The notes: a model not told the origin generated them from the letters alone. A stretch of DNA of 63,887 nucleotides, filler included, from Octopus bimaculoides (GCF_001194135.2; 7 parts of 7 records of this genome joined end to end with filler, not necessarily neighbours in it); one strand, 5' to 3'; counted from the first letter of the whole stretch, positions 39,002 through 53,676 are shown. Made by a program: numbers and translations.

Positions 39002-39700
39002 TGATAATGGAAGTAGGACTCATAGAACTAGAACCAAAAAGGTTTTATGGTACAATCTAACATTTAGTATTAGTGTTAGAACTAATGTAGCTAGAGAATT
39101 TTTAAATCTAGTTTCTAAACACTTTGCAGTTGGCCGCAAATTTTATAGAATTTTCAACTGAAGAATGCTAAAGATGAACTATTTTTGTTGCAAGAATTTT
39201 GCTTTTGTAAACCAACCCAACTCAAGCATTCTTAATAATGTTAACAGTACCTAAAGGTAATTTTCAAAGACCCAGGAAACTGTCCCTTAAATGGTAATTT
39301 CCTAATTAAAGGCAATATAGGGCTAAAGTTCAGCTTCATAAACTACTACATATAAAACATACACTGGTCCCATGGAGAACAGCTTTAAAATCAGACTATT
39401 CACACAGAAATTCTTTTAAGTGTCCAGAAAACAGGTCAGCAAAGCGCCTAGCCAAACACATATGGCACTTAAAAGGAGGAGGCGCTGTTCCTTTTAAAAT
39501 ATATTGGTCCATATTGAAGAAGGTTAGCCTTTACAGGCACAGATTATACCAGGATTCAATGGGATGTCTGTTATGTTTGATTGTAAAGTACTTTATACTA
39601 TTCCAGGATAGATATGCATTGAACTACAAGACAGAGCTCTCAAGATTTTGCAGATATACCTCTAGGTTCCTTATGTGCTACCAAACGATTTTATGTGGAT
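39002..39700 (+). mobile_element. Penelope-like element, part 2 (linker + GIY-YIG)
   Basis: VLWYNLTFSISVRTNVAREFLNLVSKHF; NCPLNGN; YWSILKKVSLY...CLLCL...ALNYKTELSRFC. Confidence 0.8.
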
Positions 39701-40387
39701 AGCCCATTTCGACTACCATATAAACCCATGTTTTGTGGACACGTTATAGTGTATTTCCCTGTGCTTTTAGACCATAGGCTTTTACAATCCTTTTCAACAT
39801 TTTATACAATATATCATCTGTGGTTTTTCCTATCACTTTTTATATATACATAAAAAGCTTATGTCCTGAAAAAAAATTTCCATATCATTAGATATTTCTG
39901 AAGAACTTGCAAGTTTTATTCATTTTATTTTATTTTATTTTTTTACTTTATCTTGTTTTACACTATAGCTTGGGCTTTCAATTCTTTTTTTTATAAAATT
40001 ACATTTGTGTTTGTACATTGTTTTCCTATGTTATTCTGTCGTTTTACCTATTGTTGCTCATACTCTTTCTGTTTCTTGCTTCTTTGGCTCTATAATCTAG
40101 CCATCAACCTTCAACCTCTGCCTACTACTCCAGAGCTTTATTTGATACTTCAATTTACAGCATCTCATTTTTGTGTGTTTATATCATTAAGTCACCTCTT
40201 CTGTTCCAATATATTCTCTATTCTCTCTCCCCTTTTATTTCTCTTCTCTATCTTATTCTTCCCGTATTCTCTCTCTCTCTTGATTTTTCTTTGCCTTTCT
40301 TTCTTTCTCTTCTCCCACTTTTCTGTCTTTTGTTTTTACTTCACTTCTCTCTCTCTCTCTCTCAATTATTATGTTGATTATTATTAA

Positions 40388-40700
<313 letters not shown>

Positions 40701-42492
40701 NNNNNNNNNNNNNNNNNNNNNNNNNNNNNNNNNNNNNNNNNNNNNNNNNNNNNNNNNNNNNNNNNNNNNNNNNNNNNNNNNNNNNNNNNNNNNNNNNNNN
40801 NNNNNNNNNNNNNNNNNNNNNNNNNNNNNNNNNNNNNNNNNNNNNNNNNNNNNNNNNNNNNNNNNNNNNNNNNNNNNNNNNNNNNNNNNNNNNNNNNNNN
40901 NNNNNNNNNNNNNNNNNNNNNNNNNNNNNNNNNNNNNNNNNNNNNNNNNNNNNNNNNNNNNNNNNNNNNNNNNNNNNNNNNNNNNNNNNNNNNNNNNNNN
41001 NNNNNNNNNNNNNNNNNCAGGGTTGAAAAAATAAATACCAGTCATTTGCTGGGGTCAGTGTAATTGACTAGACCCCCCCTTCCCCCAAATTGCTGGCCTT
41101 GTTCCAGCAATTAGCATGCTAGTTGAAATGCTTAGCAATATATTTCCTCCATCTGAGGAAATATATTGTACTGAGTTCAAATTCCACCGAAGTTGACTTT
41201 GCCTTTCATCCTTCTTGGGTTGATCAAATAAATTCAAACTGAGCACTGAGGTCAATGTAATCAACTTACCACTACCCTGAAATTGCTACCCTATCACCAA
41301 AAATTTCAAACCATTATTATTATTATCATTATTATTATTATTATCATTATTATTATTATTATTATCATATGTTTGACCTTTGCTTTGTATTTGTGCAAGT
41401 TGACTCCAAGTCTCACCCAGAGATCTCAAGAGACAACAAGTTATTATTATTATCATTGTTGTTATTATTATTATTGTCATTGTTGTTGTTATTGTTATTT
41501 TACTTGTTTCAGTTATTTAACTGCAAGCAAGATGGAGAACTGCTTTGAAGGGTTTCTAATCAAACAAACTGACCTCATGATTTATTTCTTAAGCCAAGTA
41601 TTTATTCTTTTGGTCTCTTTTGATGAACTGCTAAGTTACAGAGAGGTAAAAATACCAACACTGGTTGTCAAATTGTAATGGGGGAACGAACACAGACACA
41701 CACACACACACACACACACACATAAGTATATTACATATATGACAGGTTTCTTTTAGTTTCTGTCTGGTTGGCCAGAGGTTTTAGTAGAAGACACTTGTTC
41801 AGGGTGCCACACAGTGGGACTGAACCCAGAACTATGTGGTTAGGAAGCAAGCTTCTTGCTACACAGTCACATCTGCACCTATTATTAGTCTATTATATTC
41901 TGTTCTTTTATTTACTTGGTTTTACACAATTTTTTTTTTTTTTATATATATAATTATTGTTGATATTTATTTCTCCACTAAGGTCAATTTTATTGTCAGC
42001 CAATTTTACACTGCTTTATTTTTTTTGAAATTACTTACTCACTCAGACTGAAATACTTTTTCACTGAGCTGTAAAGGCTATCTTATATTACATTATATAT
42101 ACTTACATAATTTAATTAGTATTATCACAACCGTCTGATGTATGCTCGCATGAAACTTTGAGTAACAGTTTATCTTTCATTTTTTATCTTTTACTTGTTT
42201 CAGTCATTAGACTGAGTCATGCTGGGGTGCTGCCTTGAAGAATTTTAAACCGAATGAATAGACCCTAGTGCATTTTTTAAGCCTGGTACTTATTTTATCA
42301 ATTGGCTTTGCCAAACTTCCAAGTAACAGGGACAGAAACACACCAACACCAGTTGTCAAGCAGTGGTGAGAGACAAACACAGACACAAAGACACACACAT
42401 ATCTATTTATGATGGCCCCCTTTCAGTTTCCATCTTCTAAATCTACTAACAAGGCTTTGGTCACGCCTGTGATGATTTTTTCAGCTTTAATA

Positions 42493-42537
<45 letters not shown>

Positions 42538-43474
42538 GAAGTATTACTTCGTTTTTAGAATTTTGAATATAAAAATAGTCAAGTTTTCAAGTTTAAGTAA
42601 AATTTTCATTTATAATTATTTTATTCAAGACATAGAGATAGCCGTCATCATCATCATCATCGTTTTACGTCCTCCTTCCATACTGGCATGGGTTGGATAG
42701 CAACTTGCATATACATTACAACTTGCATGCTATGCCCAGTCTTTGATTGAATATTGATTCCAAAATTTGGCACAATTTCCAGGGATGGCTTAAATCAATT
42801 ATATCAACCCCCCAGTACTCAACTGGTATGTATTTCATCAACACAAAAAGGATGAAAGGCAAAGTCAGCGTTGACGGAATTCAAACTCAGAATGTAAAGA
42901 TGGATGAAATACCTATTTCTTTACTGTCCACAAGGGGCTAAACATAGAGGGAACAAACAAGAACAGACGAACGCATTAAGTCGATTACATCGACCCCAGT
43001 GCGTAACTGGTACTTAATTTATCGACCCCGAAAGGATGAAAGGCAAAGTCGACCTCGGCGGAATTTGAGCTCAGAACGTAACGGCAGACGAGATACAGCT
43101 AAGCATTTCGCCCGGCGTGCTAACGATTCTGCCAGCTCGCTGCCTTGAAGTTTTGGAATAAGTATTGACAAAGATAAGTTGTAGAGATCACTATTTCTGT
43201 ATAGCATGTAATATGTATTTGCTTCATGCTATTGTTATTCTCCCACTTTCTCTTTCATAATGTGTTGCAGCCAATACTATGAATAATATACCTAAAACTA
43301 TAGTTTTAGATGTATTATTATTCTGTTATATGTACCTGTTCCATTATGTATTTCATTACCTGATTAAGTTGTTTCAAATGTTAAGGTACTGATAAAGTTT
43401 TAAATGTAGAAAGATTTAAGATTAAACAAAATTCTCATTAACAATAATTTGTATGTAAAATACAAAGAGACCTT

Positions 43475-43529
<55 letters not shown>

Positions 43530-43799
43530 NNNNNNNNNNNNNNNNNNNNNNNNNNNNNNNNNNNNNNNNNNNNNNNNNNNNNNNNNNNNNNNNNNNNNNN
43601 NNNNNNNNNNNNNNNNNNNNNNNNNNNNNNNNNNNNNNNNNNNNNNNNNNNNNNNNNNNNNNNNNNNNNNNNNNNNNNNNNNNNNNNNNNNNNNNNNNNN
43701 NNNNNNNNNNNNNNNNNNNNNNNNNNNNNNNNNNNNNNNNNNNNNNNNNNNNNNNNNNNNNNNNNNNNNNNNNNNNNNNNNNNNNNNNNNNNNNNNNNN

Positions 43800-43935
43800 A
43801 GACGAGGACAGGTGGTGTAAATAACAAAAGTATATATTAGTATGACGCTCGGGAATACGGAAAGTCTTTGACGTTTCGAGCTACGCTCTTCAACAGAAAG
43901 AGTACGGAGACAAGGAGAAAAACACGGAGAAAAAA
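43800..43935 (-). mobile_element. Penelope-type terminal repeat fragment with a hammerhead-like core
   Basis: Minus strand TTGAAGAG-CGTAG-CTCGAAACGTC-AAA-GAC; assignment is by resemblance only. Confidence 0.4.
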
Positions 43936-44080
43936 AATTGATGTATATATATATGTATATATATGTGTGTGTGTATATATATATATATGTGTGTATATAT
44001 ATATATGTATATCTGTATATATATGTATATATGTATGTACATGCATATATGTATGTATGCATGTATGCCTGTGTGTGTGA

Positions 44081-44120
<40 letters not shown>

Positions 44121-44135
44121 NNNNNNNNNNTGTGA

Positions 44136-44177
<42 letters not shown>

Positions 44178-45514
44178 CAACTTTTGTTGTTGTTTGTGTG
44201 TGTGTGCATGTGTGCGTGTGTGTGTGTGTATTATAGACAAATGCTAGAATATGGAATTCATGACACTCTTTAATTCAAACCGCTACAATTGTTTCAACAA
44301 ATACCTTTAGTACATAGGTGAGATGTTGTGCATTCATTAACTTACATCCAAAGTGTAGAATGTGCCTTCGCAAGAGATTGTTTAAGTAAGTTCTTTATTA
44401 AAGGGTCAGGTTGACTATAAATTTCCATTCTATCTTAAAGGTCAGGTTATAAGGAAGAAAGGATTAAACAGACTAAAGAATAATATGAAGAATAAGATAA
44501 GATGTTTAGAAATAATAAAGTAAGAAATAGGTAAAGACTGACCATTTCAGTACATAACGACTGTTTCCTTGCCTCTTTTAAGGATCCAAAATACCTTCCT
44601 TCACCTGTGACAAAATAACTGCCTTATCCTAGAGTAGAATAAGTCCCTATTTAAAGTTAATTTATTACTGTCTAGTTTTTATATGCTTCTTTGAGATGAT
44701 AAAAAAGTTAATTAGCAGGTATCCCCCCACCCCACCCACACATACATTACTCCATATAACAAACTGCAAGGTACTGTATATTGTTTCATATATNNNNNNN
44801 NNNNNNNNNNNNNNNNNNNNNNNNNNNNNNNNNNNNNNNNNNNNNNNNNNNNNNNNNNNNNNNNNNNNNNNNNNNNNNNNNNNNNNNNNNNNNNNNNNNN
44901 NNNNNNNNNNNNNNNNNNNNNNNNNNNNNNNNNNNNNNNNNNNNNNNNNNNNNNNNNNNNNNNNNNNNNNNNNNNNNNNNNNNNNNNNNNNNNNNNNNNN
45001 NNNNNNNNNNNNNNNNNNNNNNNNNNNNNNNNNNNNNNNNNNNNNNNNNNNNNNNNNNNNNNNNNNNNNNNNNNNNNNNNNNNNNNNNNNNNNNNNNNNN
45101 NNNNNNNNNNNNNNNNNNNNNNNNNNNNNNNNNNNNNNNNNNNNNNNNNNNNNNNNNNNNNNNNNNNNNNNNNNNNNNNNNNNNNNNNNNNNNNNNNNNN
45201 NNNNNNNNNNNNNNNNNNNNNNNNNNNNNNNNNNNNNNNNNNNNNNNNNNNNNNNNNNNNNNNNNNNNNNNNNNNNNNNNNNNNNNNNNNNNNNNNNNNN
45301 NNNNNNNNNNNNNNNNNNNNNNNNNNNNNNNNNNNNNNNNNNNNNNNNNNNNNNNNNNNNNNNNNNNNNNNNNNNNNNNNNNNNNNNNNNNNNNNNNNNN
45401 NNNNNNNNNNNNNNNNNNNNNNNNNNNNNNNNNNNNNNNNNNNNNNNNNNNNNNNNNNNNNNNNNNNNNNNNNNNNNNNNNNNNNNNNNNNNNTATATAT
45501 ATATATATATATAT

Positions 45515-46080
45515 TTGTGGTGTGCAAGAGAGACAACTGCACTGGTATTGTTATGTGTTGCGTATGGATGAGGACAGCTGTTTGAAAAAGTGTCACACCC
45601 TAGCAGTAGAGGGAACCTATAGAAGAGGTAGACCCAGGAAGACTTGGGATGAGGTAGTGAAGCACGACCTTCGAACATTGGACCTCACAGAGATGATGAC
45701 GAGTGACCAAGACCTTTGGAGAAATGTTGTGCTTGAGAAGACCCAGCAAGCCAAGTGAGACCGTAACCGTGGCCTATGCCTCTGTCATGGCCTATGTCAG
45801 TACTGCCTGACTGGCATCCTTGCCGATGGCATGTAAAAAGCACCATTCAAGCATGGTCGTTGCCAGTGCCACCTGACTGGCTCCTGTGCCGGTGGCACGT
45901 AAAAAGCACCCACTACATTCTCAGAGTGGTTGGCATTAGGAAGGGCATCCAGCTGTAGAAACTTTGCAAAATCAGATTGGAGCCTGGTGCAGTCTCTTGG
46001 TTTGCCAGTCTTCAGTCAACCAGTCCAAGCCATGCCAGTATGGAAAGTGGATGTTAAACGACAACGATGATGATGATGAT
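45515..46080 (+). mobile_element. RTE LINE 3' end (ORF C-terminus + 3' UTR + (GAT)n)
   Basis: RQLHWYCYVLRMDEDSCLKKC..L.VEG..RRGRPRKTWDEVVKHDLRTL.LT.MMT.DQDLWR. Confidence 0.88.
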
Positions 46081-46533
46081 AATAATTTGAAAGTCTATGA
46101 GAAATACTTAATAGTTTTTGAAGTGTAAAGATGATTTGAAAAAAAATTTTTTTTTAATGTTATATCTTNNNNNNNNNNNNNNNNNNNNNNNNNNNNNNNN
46201 NNNNNNNNNNNNNNNNNNNNNNNNNNNNNNNNNNNNNNNNNNNNNNNNNNNNNNNNNNNNNNNNNNNNNNNNNNNNNNNNNNNNNNNNNNNNNNNNNNNN
46301 NNNNNNNNNNNNNNNNNNNNNNNNNNNNNNNNNNNNNNNNNNNNNNNNNNNNNNNNNNNNNNNNNNNNNNNNNNNNNNNNNNNNNNNNNNNNNNNNNNNN
46401 NNNNNNNNNNNATATGTACACCTCTTACATACATTCACATGATTCATAAGATAAAGAGATAGATAATACAATATGATACAGTTAAATAGAATAAAACAAA
46501 ACAATAATATATATATATATGTATATGTATATA

Positions 46534-46570
<37 letters not shown>

Positions 46571-46849
46571 CTCATACGTCTATTTATCTATGGGCATATA
46601 TATACACTTGTGGCAAATATTCGTGGCCTAATCCTAACTAGCCTAATCGGAATACATATATAAGGTAATGCATATAGTTTTATATACAATTTGACATATA
46701 CTTATATATATATATATGTATGTATTCTTCTAACATACATTGAACTACTTTTAAAAAACCTGGGAACAAATACATGCAATAGATACAGAGAGAGAAATAG
46801 AGAGAGAGGAGATCGAAGCTGATTGAATAGATAGAGTTTTAAATGTTAA

Positions 46850-48150
46850 TTGTTCTAACAAAACTGCAAACACGAGCATTTTATTTTATGGCTGCATCTT
46901 GTAAGTCTTTCAGAGTACCTGTTCACCAGTTTATCTACACTCATTAAAATGCACAGGGTTTCTTCAGAAAAGAGATTACGAGATCCTAGGAACATATTAT
47001 ATGGATATGCATTTTTTATTATCGACCATGTGACATTATATTGCACTCTAATTTCCTTAAGTCTCCAGACAAGGTAATCAAATGATGTGCAGTGTCTCTT
47101 ATTAATGCTTTTGAATGATGCACTATTGTTCAGAAATTGATTTTTGAAGGAATCTGTAGTTGCACCAATACATACAAATGCATCCACTACCATTCTTACT
47201 GTACATTTGTATATTTCATTCTTCTGCAGGCATTCATTTTGCAGAGGACATGCATTCCTGTCCCTGAAACTACAATTGTTTACCACTCTGTTTTCTATTG
47301 GGTTTTAACCTGTCTTCTATTCCTAATTTTTCCTTGATTGCTTCTGTTATTATTAGTTCTCCCTATAAGGCAGTGAGCTGGCAGAATCATTAGCACACTG
47401 GCAAAATGTTTAGCAGCATTTTGTCCATCTGCACATACTGAGTTCAAATTCTACCAGAGTTGATATAATTAACTAGTGCCCTCCCACCAAATTTCAGGCC
47501 TTGTGCTTTTGCTAGAAAGGATTATTAATTCTCCTTATATACCCTTCATTACCATCCTTGTTGATGTTTCTAGTACTATTATCATTAAGATTTTCAACAT
47601 ATTTATTTTTACTTATATTATTCTTGCCATCACCTATATCATTACTTCTATCATAATCATTTGGATAGGCTTGATTATTTTCTCCTTTACTATTACAATT
47701 CTTAGACAGATCATTTCTATCTTTACTCCCACTGTCTTAGTTAACTTCTGCTTTATCTTTCTATTAAGTTTATGAATGTAATATTCTAAGTTACTAGAAG
47801 TAGTGTATGATAATTTCACTGTATGTCTGTCAAAAATCTAGTAGCATTTGTTAGATTTTGAAAGATTCTTATACAATGCAGCACTGGATATATTCATGAG
47901 TACCTGTTGAATACATACACTGACAATGGAATGCTAAAAATAACATAATGGCATATGTATAAAACAAAGAGAAACTAAAGATGATCTAGCAGTGCTTTGT
48001 ACCCTGCTCACCTGAAGACATGCATGTATACAACTATTGTTGGATCATATCAACGTAACAATGTGTATAATATATGTAACATTCAGCAATTATCAGCTAA
48101 TAATGATGCACCAAAATTGTTGCAGTGATTTATAATAAAGCCTATTCATT
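46850..48150 (-). mobile_element. Penelope-like element (linker + GIY-YIG), interrupted by a SINE
   Basis: KLSYTTSSNLEYYIHKLNRKI; NACPLQNECL...IYKCTV...IGATTDSFK...VWRLKE...TWSIIKNAYPY. Confidence 0.8.
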
Positions 48151-48311
48151 CCATTTTCTCATACTTTTGTATATATTCTATGGATACTCTTGGATTTCCA
48201 CAAGTATATCCAGTAAAAGAAGTGTTACTGTATGATAGCATCTGATAGCCAATACCTGAAGAGGAGCTTTAGAAAGCACGCTATAAGGTTATTTACCCAG
48301 ATAATACTAAG

Positions 48312-48359
<48 letters not shown>

Positions 48360-49199
48360 ATGTATATATATATGTATATATCACTTTATTACTTTGTGTT
48401 TAGCATTTATAAAACTACTTTAGCTTGCAAAACAAAATAGCATAAAACTATTTAAGGACCTTGATAATTTTATTTACAATATAAAAACTACAGCAACACA
48501 AAATATAAACGATGTATCTGTCCTCACAAAACACAAATAGGAAAAACTTATATACACTTAAATAAACCTATAGACAAATACACACGTGTGCATGCACACA
48601 TACACACACACACACACTTGCAAGCACTCATGAATCCATACACACTTTCATTCATAGAAACCAGCATTCACACAACAACAAAAATACACATGCCTACACA
48701 AATACGCACATAAACACACACAAATATAGGCATACACACATATACAAACAATCACACATAGACATGCAAATATGTATGTTCACATACATACACACACACT
48801 CACACAAACAAACTCTCTCACAGACATACAAAAATACACATAGTCACATACATATAAATACACATATAGACATGAAACACATACACACACATACACAAAC
48901 AAACAGTCACACACTCACAACATAGACAAGCAAGTGCACAAACATACACAAGCACACACACACACAAGCAAATGCATATATATAGTCTCACACACACACA
49001 TACAGAAACATAGACAGACATGCATACACACACATATACAGACACATACACAAACAGTTACACATGCACAGCACTCACACACCAACTCACACATAGACAA
49101 ACATACACAAACCCTAAGTAATGTGTATCTACTTAAAATGGAAAAAAATAACAAGGTTGCATTAGTCATAAATGTTGCATTTAATGCACATCACTGCAG

Positions 49200-49905
49200 A
49201 TTAACAGATTGATTTGATTAAAAGACCAATTTACTGCAATTACCAATCTTGTCCAACACCACCACCATCACCACTTTCTTTACTCCTTCTCTCATGAAAA
49301 TCTCTCCCCACTCCCCTTTCACCACTCTCTCACCCTCCTCTCCTCTAACCTCCCACTCCTCATGTATCATCTCTCACTAGTTTTTCCTACTATCATCACC
49401 ACAACCACCACCACCATCACCACCACAGTAACTATGACTGTTGCTACCGCTAACACCACCACCAACACCACCAGTACCATCCCCTACTATTATTACCACC
49501 TATGCTGACACTGCTACTGTTACTACTACCACTACTAGCAACACCACATCACCACCACTACCACCACAAGCAACACTACCAATACAACTACCACTTATAC
49601 TAGCACTTCCACTACTGCTACCAATATTACTACCTATAACAACATGACCACTACAACTACTACCACCACCAACATCTCTACTATCAGTGTCAATACTACC
49701 ACTAACTCCACTTCTACCAATACCACCAACAACAACACCATCACCGCTACCAACACCAATGATACTACCACTATGAGCACTACAACTGTCACCACTACCA
49801 CTACCACCAACACCACCACTATCAGCTTCAATCCTGTCACCACTACCACACCAACACCATCATCAGTACCTACCTCTACAAACATTATTACTATTACCAC
49901 CAATC

Positions 49906-49937
<32 letters not shown>

Positions 49938-50030
49938 GCTTCTGCTGCTACCACCACTAATTTTATCATCACCACAACTACTACGTACACCTTAACCATC
50001 ATCACCACCACTTATATATATCTTCACATA
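49200..50030. repeat. Degenerate (ACC/ACT)n low-complexity tract
   Basis: Runs of ACC/ACT/CAC triplets; similar tracts at 25905-26130 and 56930-57060. Confidence 0.8.
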
Positions 50031-50697
50031 CAGTTTACATTCAATAGCCTTCCCTACACTTTCACAGCACCTAAACCTCCACCCACACATACACACACGT
50101 TTACATACATATATGCATATACACACATACACATAGATACACACACACACTTATGCAATTACACACATGCACATGCACACACTACACACATACATTTGTG
50201 TCCACACACATACACATTAAAATACACACTTATACACATGCACAAACACACACACACACACTGGTTACACTAGATTTTACTAGAACTGGGTTGTCTGAAG
50301 CAGTTGCAGCTTATTTAATTGAATTATTTTCAAAAAAAAAAAAAAAGAAAAACCTCCTTCTCTGAGACGTTTTATGTTTCCTACGAAGTAAATATCACTG
50401 AATCCAACACATTTTCCCAACCAGTTAACTTTTAATTCTCATCAAACCAAAAGCTTCTCTTCATTGCACTACCTAACGATAATAATTTAGTGATGCTAAA
50501 TGAAGTGAAATAGCTTCAAGTGGAAATCACTTCAAATGAAGTAAAACTGCATCAACCTTCCCATGTACCTGGTAACATCAGTGTTGTTTTATATATANNN
50601 NNNNNNNNNNNNNNNNNNNNNNNNNNNNNNNNNNNNNNNNNTTAATTAATTAANNNNNNNNNNNNNNNNNNNNNNNNNNNNNNNNNNNNNNNNNNNN

Positions 50698-50915
50698 AAT
50701 AACCCTTTCTACCATAGGCACAAGGCCTGAAATTTGGGGGCACAGAGGCAGTTGATTACATTGACCCCAGCACTCAACTGGTACTTTATTTATTGACCCA
50801 GAAAGGATGAAAGGCAAAGTCGACCTTGGTGGAATTTGAACTCAAAATGTAAGGACAGACGAAGTGCCACTGATCATTTTGCCTGGCATGCTAACGATTT
50901 TGCCAGCTCACTACC

Positions 50916-50965
<50 letters not shown>

Positions 50966-51207
50966 CCTTTCTACCATAGGCACAAGGCCTGAAATTTGGG
51001 GGCACAGAGGCAGTTGATTACATTGACCCCAGCACTCAACTGGTACTTTATTTATTGACCCAGAAAGGATGAAAGGCAAAGTCGACCTCGGTGAAATTTG
51101 AACTCAGAATGTAGCGACGGGCAAAATACAGCTAAGCATTTCATCCAGCCTGCTAACAATTCTGCCTGCTCACCACCATAATAATGATAATAATAATAAT
51201 GATGATG

Positions 51208-51275
<68 letters not shown>

Positions 51276-51495
51276 CCTTTTTACTATAGGCCAAAGGACT
51301 GAAATTTCGGAGGAGGGGGTTAAGTCAATTACATGGACCCCTAGCACTCCACTAGGATGAAAGGCATGACCCTAGTACTCCACTGGTACTTATTTTATTG
51401 AATCCGAAAGAATGAAAGGCAAAGTTGACCCTGGCAGAATTTGAACTCAGAATGTTAGGACGAATGGAAAGCTGCTAAGCCTTTTGCCCAGCATG
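50698..51495 (-). mobile_element. Three head-to-tail Nin-like SINEs separated by (AAT)n
   Basis: GGATGAAAGGCAAAGTCGACC / GAATGAAAGGCAAAGTTGACC core recurs at about 50805, 51067 and 51412. Confidence 0.8.
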
Positions 51496-51507
51496 CCTTA
51501 TAAACGA

Positions 51508-52640
51508 CAGCTTGATAATGAAAGTTATTTTACTAAATTCTATTTAATTTTTTTAAAATTAATTGAAACAAAGGTAATATATTCCACGAAAATTAAAGTA
51601 ACTAAAGCCTTAACGATCTAAATTGAAACCTTTTATCACAATTCCATGTTAATTTATGTTTGAAGTAGCAGCTTAATGCTGTCAAAGTTATTTTACAAAA
51701 TTCTTCATTATTTTCAAAATCAATTGCAATTAAGTTAGTGCATTTCAACAGAAATCTGGTAACAAAAGAGTTAAAATGATCTAAATTAAAAATGTCCATC
51801 AAAATATCATGGTAATTTATGTTCTAAACACCAGCCTTAATAAGGGCGTAATTATTTGAGTAAATTCTACATTATTTTCAAAATTAATTGAAACAAATAC
51901 TGAATGTTTCAAAAGAATTCTGGTAACAAAAGGGTCAAACCATTCTAAATTAAAACCTTCCATCAAAATTTCATGTTAATTTTTGTTCCAAACACCAATT
52001 TAATAATGACTGTTAATTTACTGAATTCTTCATTATTTAAAAAATTAATTGAAACAAAGTCAATATAATTCGACTGAAATATAGTAACTAAAGGGTTAAA
52101 GTGATCTAAATTAAAATGTCTCATTAAAATTTCATCTTTATGTTCCAAAGCATCAGCTTTATAAGGACAAAGTTATTTGACAAATTTCTTCATTATTTTA
52201 AAAATTGATTGAAACAAAGTCAATGTAATTCTACAGAAATATGGTAACTAAAGGGTTAAAGTGATCTAAATGAAAACTTTCCATCAAAATTTCATGTTAA
52301 TTTATGTTCTAAACACCAGCTTAACCCATTAAGTCCCACTGTCCTATAAATAGGACACTAAGTGAGAATAAACCTATATCATATTGTCTCAATGTCCTAT
52401 TTATAGGACACAGAGTATTTCCATTTCTACTTGAAATGAAGGAGTTTAAGTAATTATTTTTTTCATTTTAACCTATTTTTAATCACCTGTAAAAATTTGA
52501 AAGTAATATTCAGAAATTTAAGTACTCTAGGACTTAATGAATTAATCATAATTAAGACCAAGTTACTTTTCTAAGTTCTTCATTATTTTAAAAATTAATT
52601 CAAACAAAGGCAATGTATGTCAACTGAAAAATGGTAACAA
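51508..52640. repeat. Tandem array of a ~160-165-bp AT-rich unit (about 5.5 copies)
   Basis: Recurring TTCTTCATTATTTT.AAAATTAATTGAAACAAAG...GGTAAC.AAAGGGTTAAAGTGATCTAAATT...CCATCAAAATTTCATGTTAATTTATGTT. Confidence 0.8.
52325..52541. mobile_element. piggyBac-type MITE inserted at TTAA in the tandem array
   Basis: TTAA|CCCATTAAGTCC...GGACTTAATGAA|TTAA; two internal GTCCTAT(AA/TT)ATAGGACAC palindromes. Confidence 0.7.
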
Positions 52641-53380
52641 AAAGTTCCGAGTGATTTCATATTAATCTATACTGCAATACATATTGTAATATTTCAGAAT
52701 GGTGATTTTTTTACTTTTTTTGCCAAATAAACATACACACTATATATTCATTCTTTACTTGCTTATTATTGTTATTTTATCTTATGTCCATTGTCTGAAA
52801 ATCTTTCATCACACATCTGTGACCTCTTCAGTGACTCTTCCATCCCACGTGTCTCCTCCTGTTCTGTTTAGTTCATTATGTGTATCCTTATCTGCACATA
52901 CATTTACACATCTGTGTGTGTATGCATGTCTATGTTTTGTATGTTAGCTTTGTGTGTGTGTACTATATTATTTGTATCCATGCCCTTTACATAGTTTTTT
53001 CCTTTTATTTCCTTATTTATCTCTATTCCTTACATTTCATCATAAGTATGTACATGTATGTCTTTTGTGTGTGTATACATGGGTTTATGTATTTGTGTCT
53101 TCCTTTCTTTTTTCCTTGTCTTTAATCATTGAATACATGATTTCATATCAGGAATCTAGCAAAACAATTCATGATCATGTGTAGCAACAACACACCTTTG
53201 ATAGATTCAGTAGCTAATACTAATTCCAGGCCATTAATTTGGGGTGACAAACACAGACACACAAACATATACATATATATATATAATAATATTAGGGACA
53301 AAATCCAAAATTACAGGTACAAACTCAATTAAAATCAATTTATAAAAAATTAAAATTAAATTGAGCTTTATAGATAAAAT

Positions 53381-53676
53381 ATATATAAAATATATAGTTT
53401 TAGGGAAAATAACCAAGTTTCAAGAACTCATCGATGAAAATCCACTATCACATATAGAAAAATTAGTAATTAAAAGCACAATAAATGAGTATAATATAAA
53501 ACAAAGTAAATATCATAAGATAAAGATAATATCTTTATCTTATGATATTTACTTTGTTTTATATTATACTCATTTATTGTGCTTATAATTGTTAATTTTT
53601 CTATATGTGATAGTGGATTTTCATCGATGAGTTCTTGAAACTTGGTTATTTTCCCTAAAACTATATATTTTATATA

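Noticed and set aside
49644-50273. Thr-rich 209-aa mucin-like ORF
   Set aside because: Degenerate (ACC/ACT)n tract running into (CA)n; no splice signals or domain context
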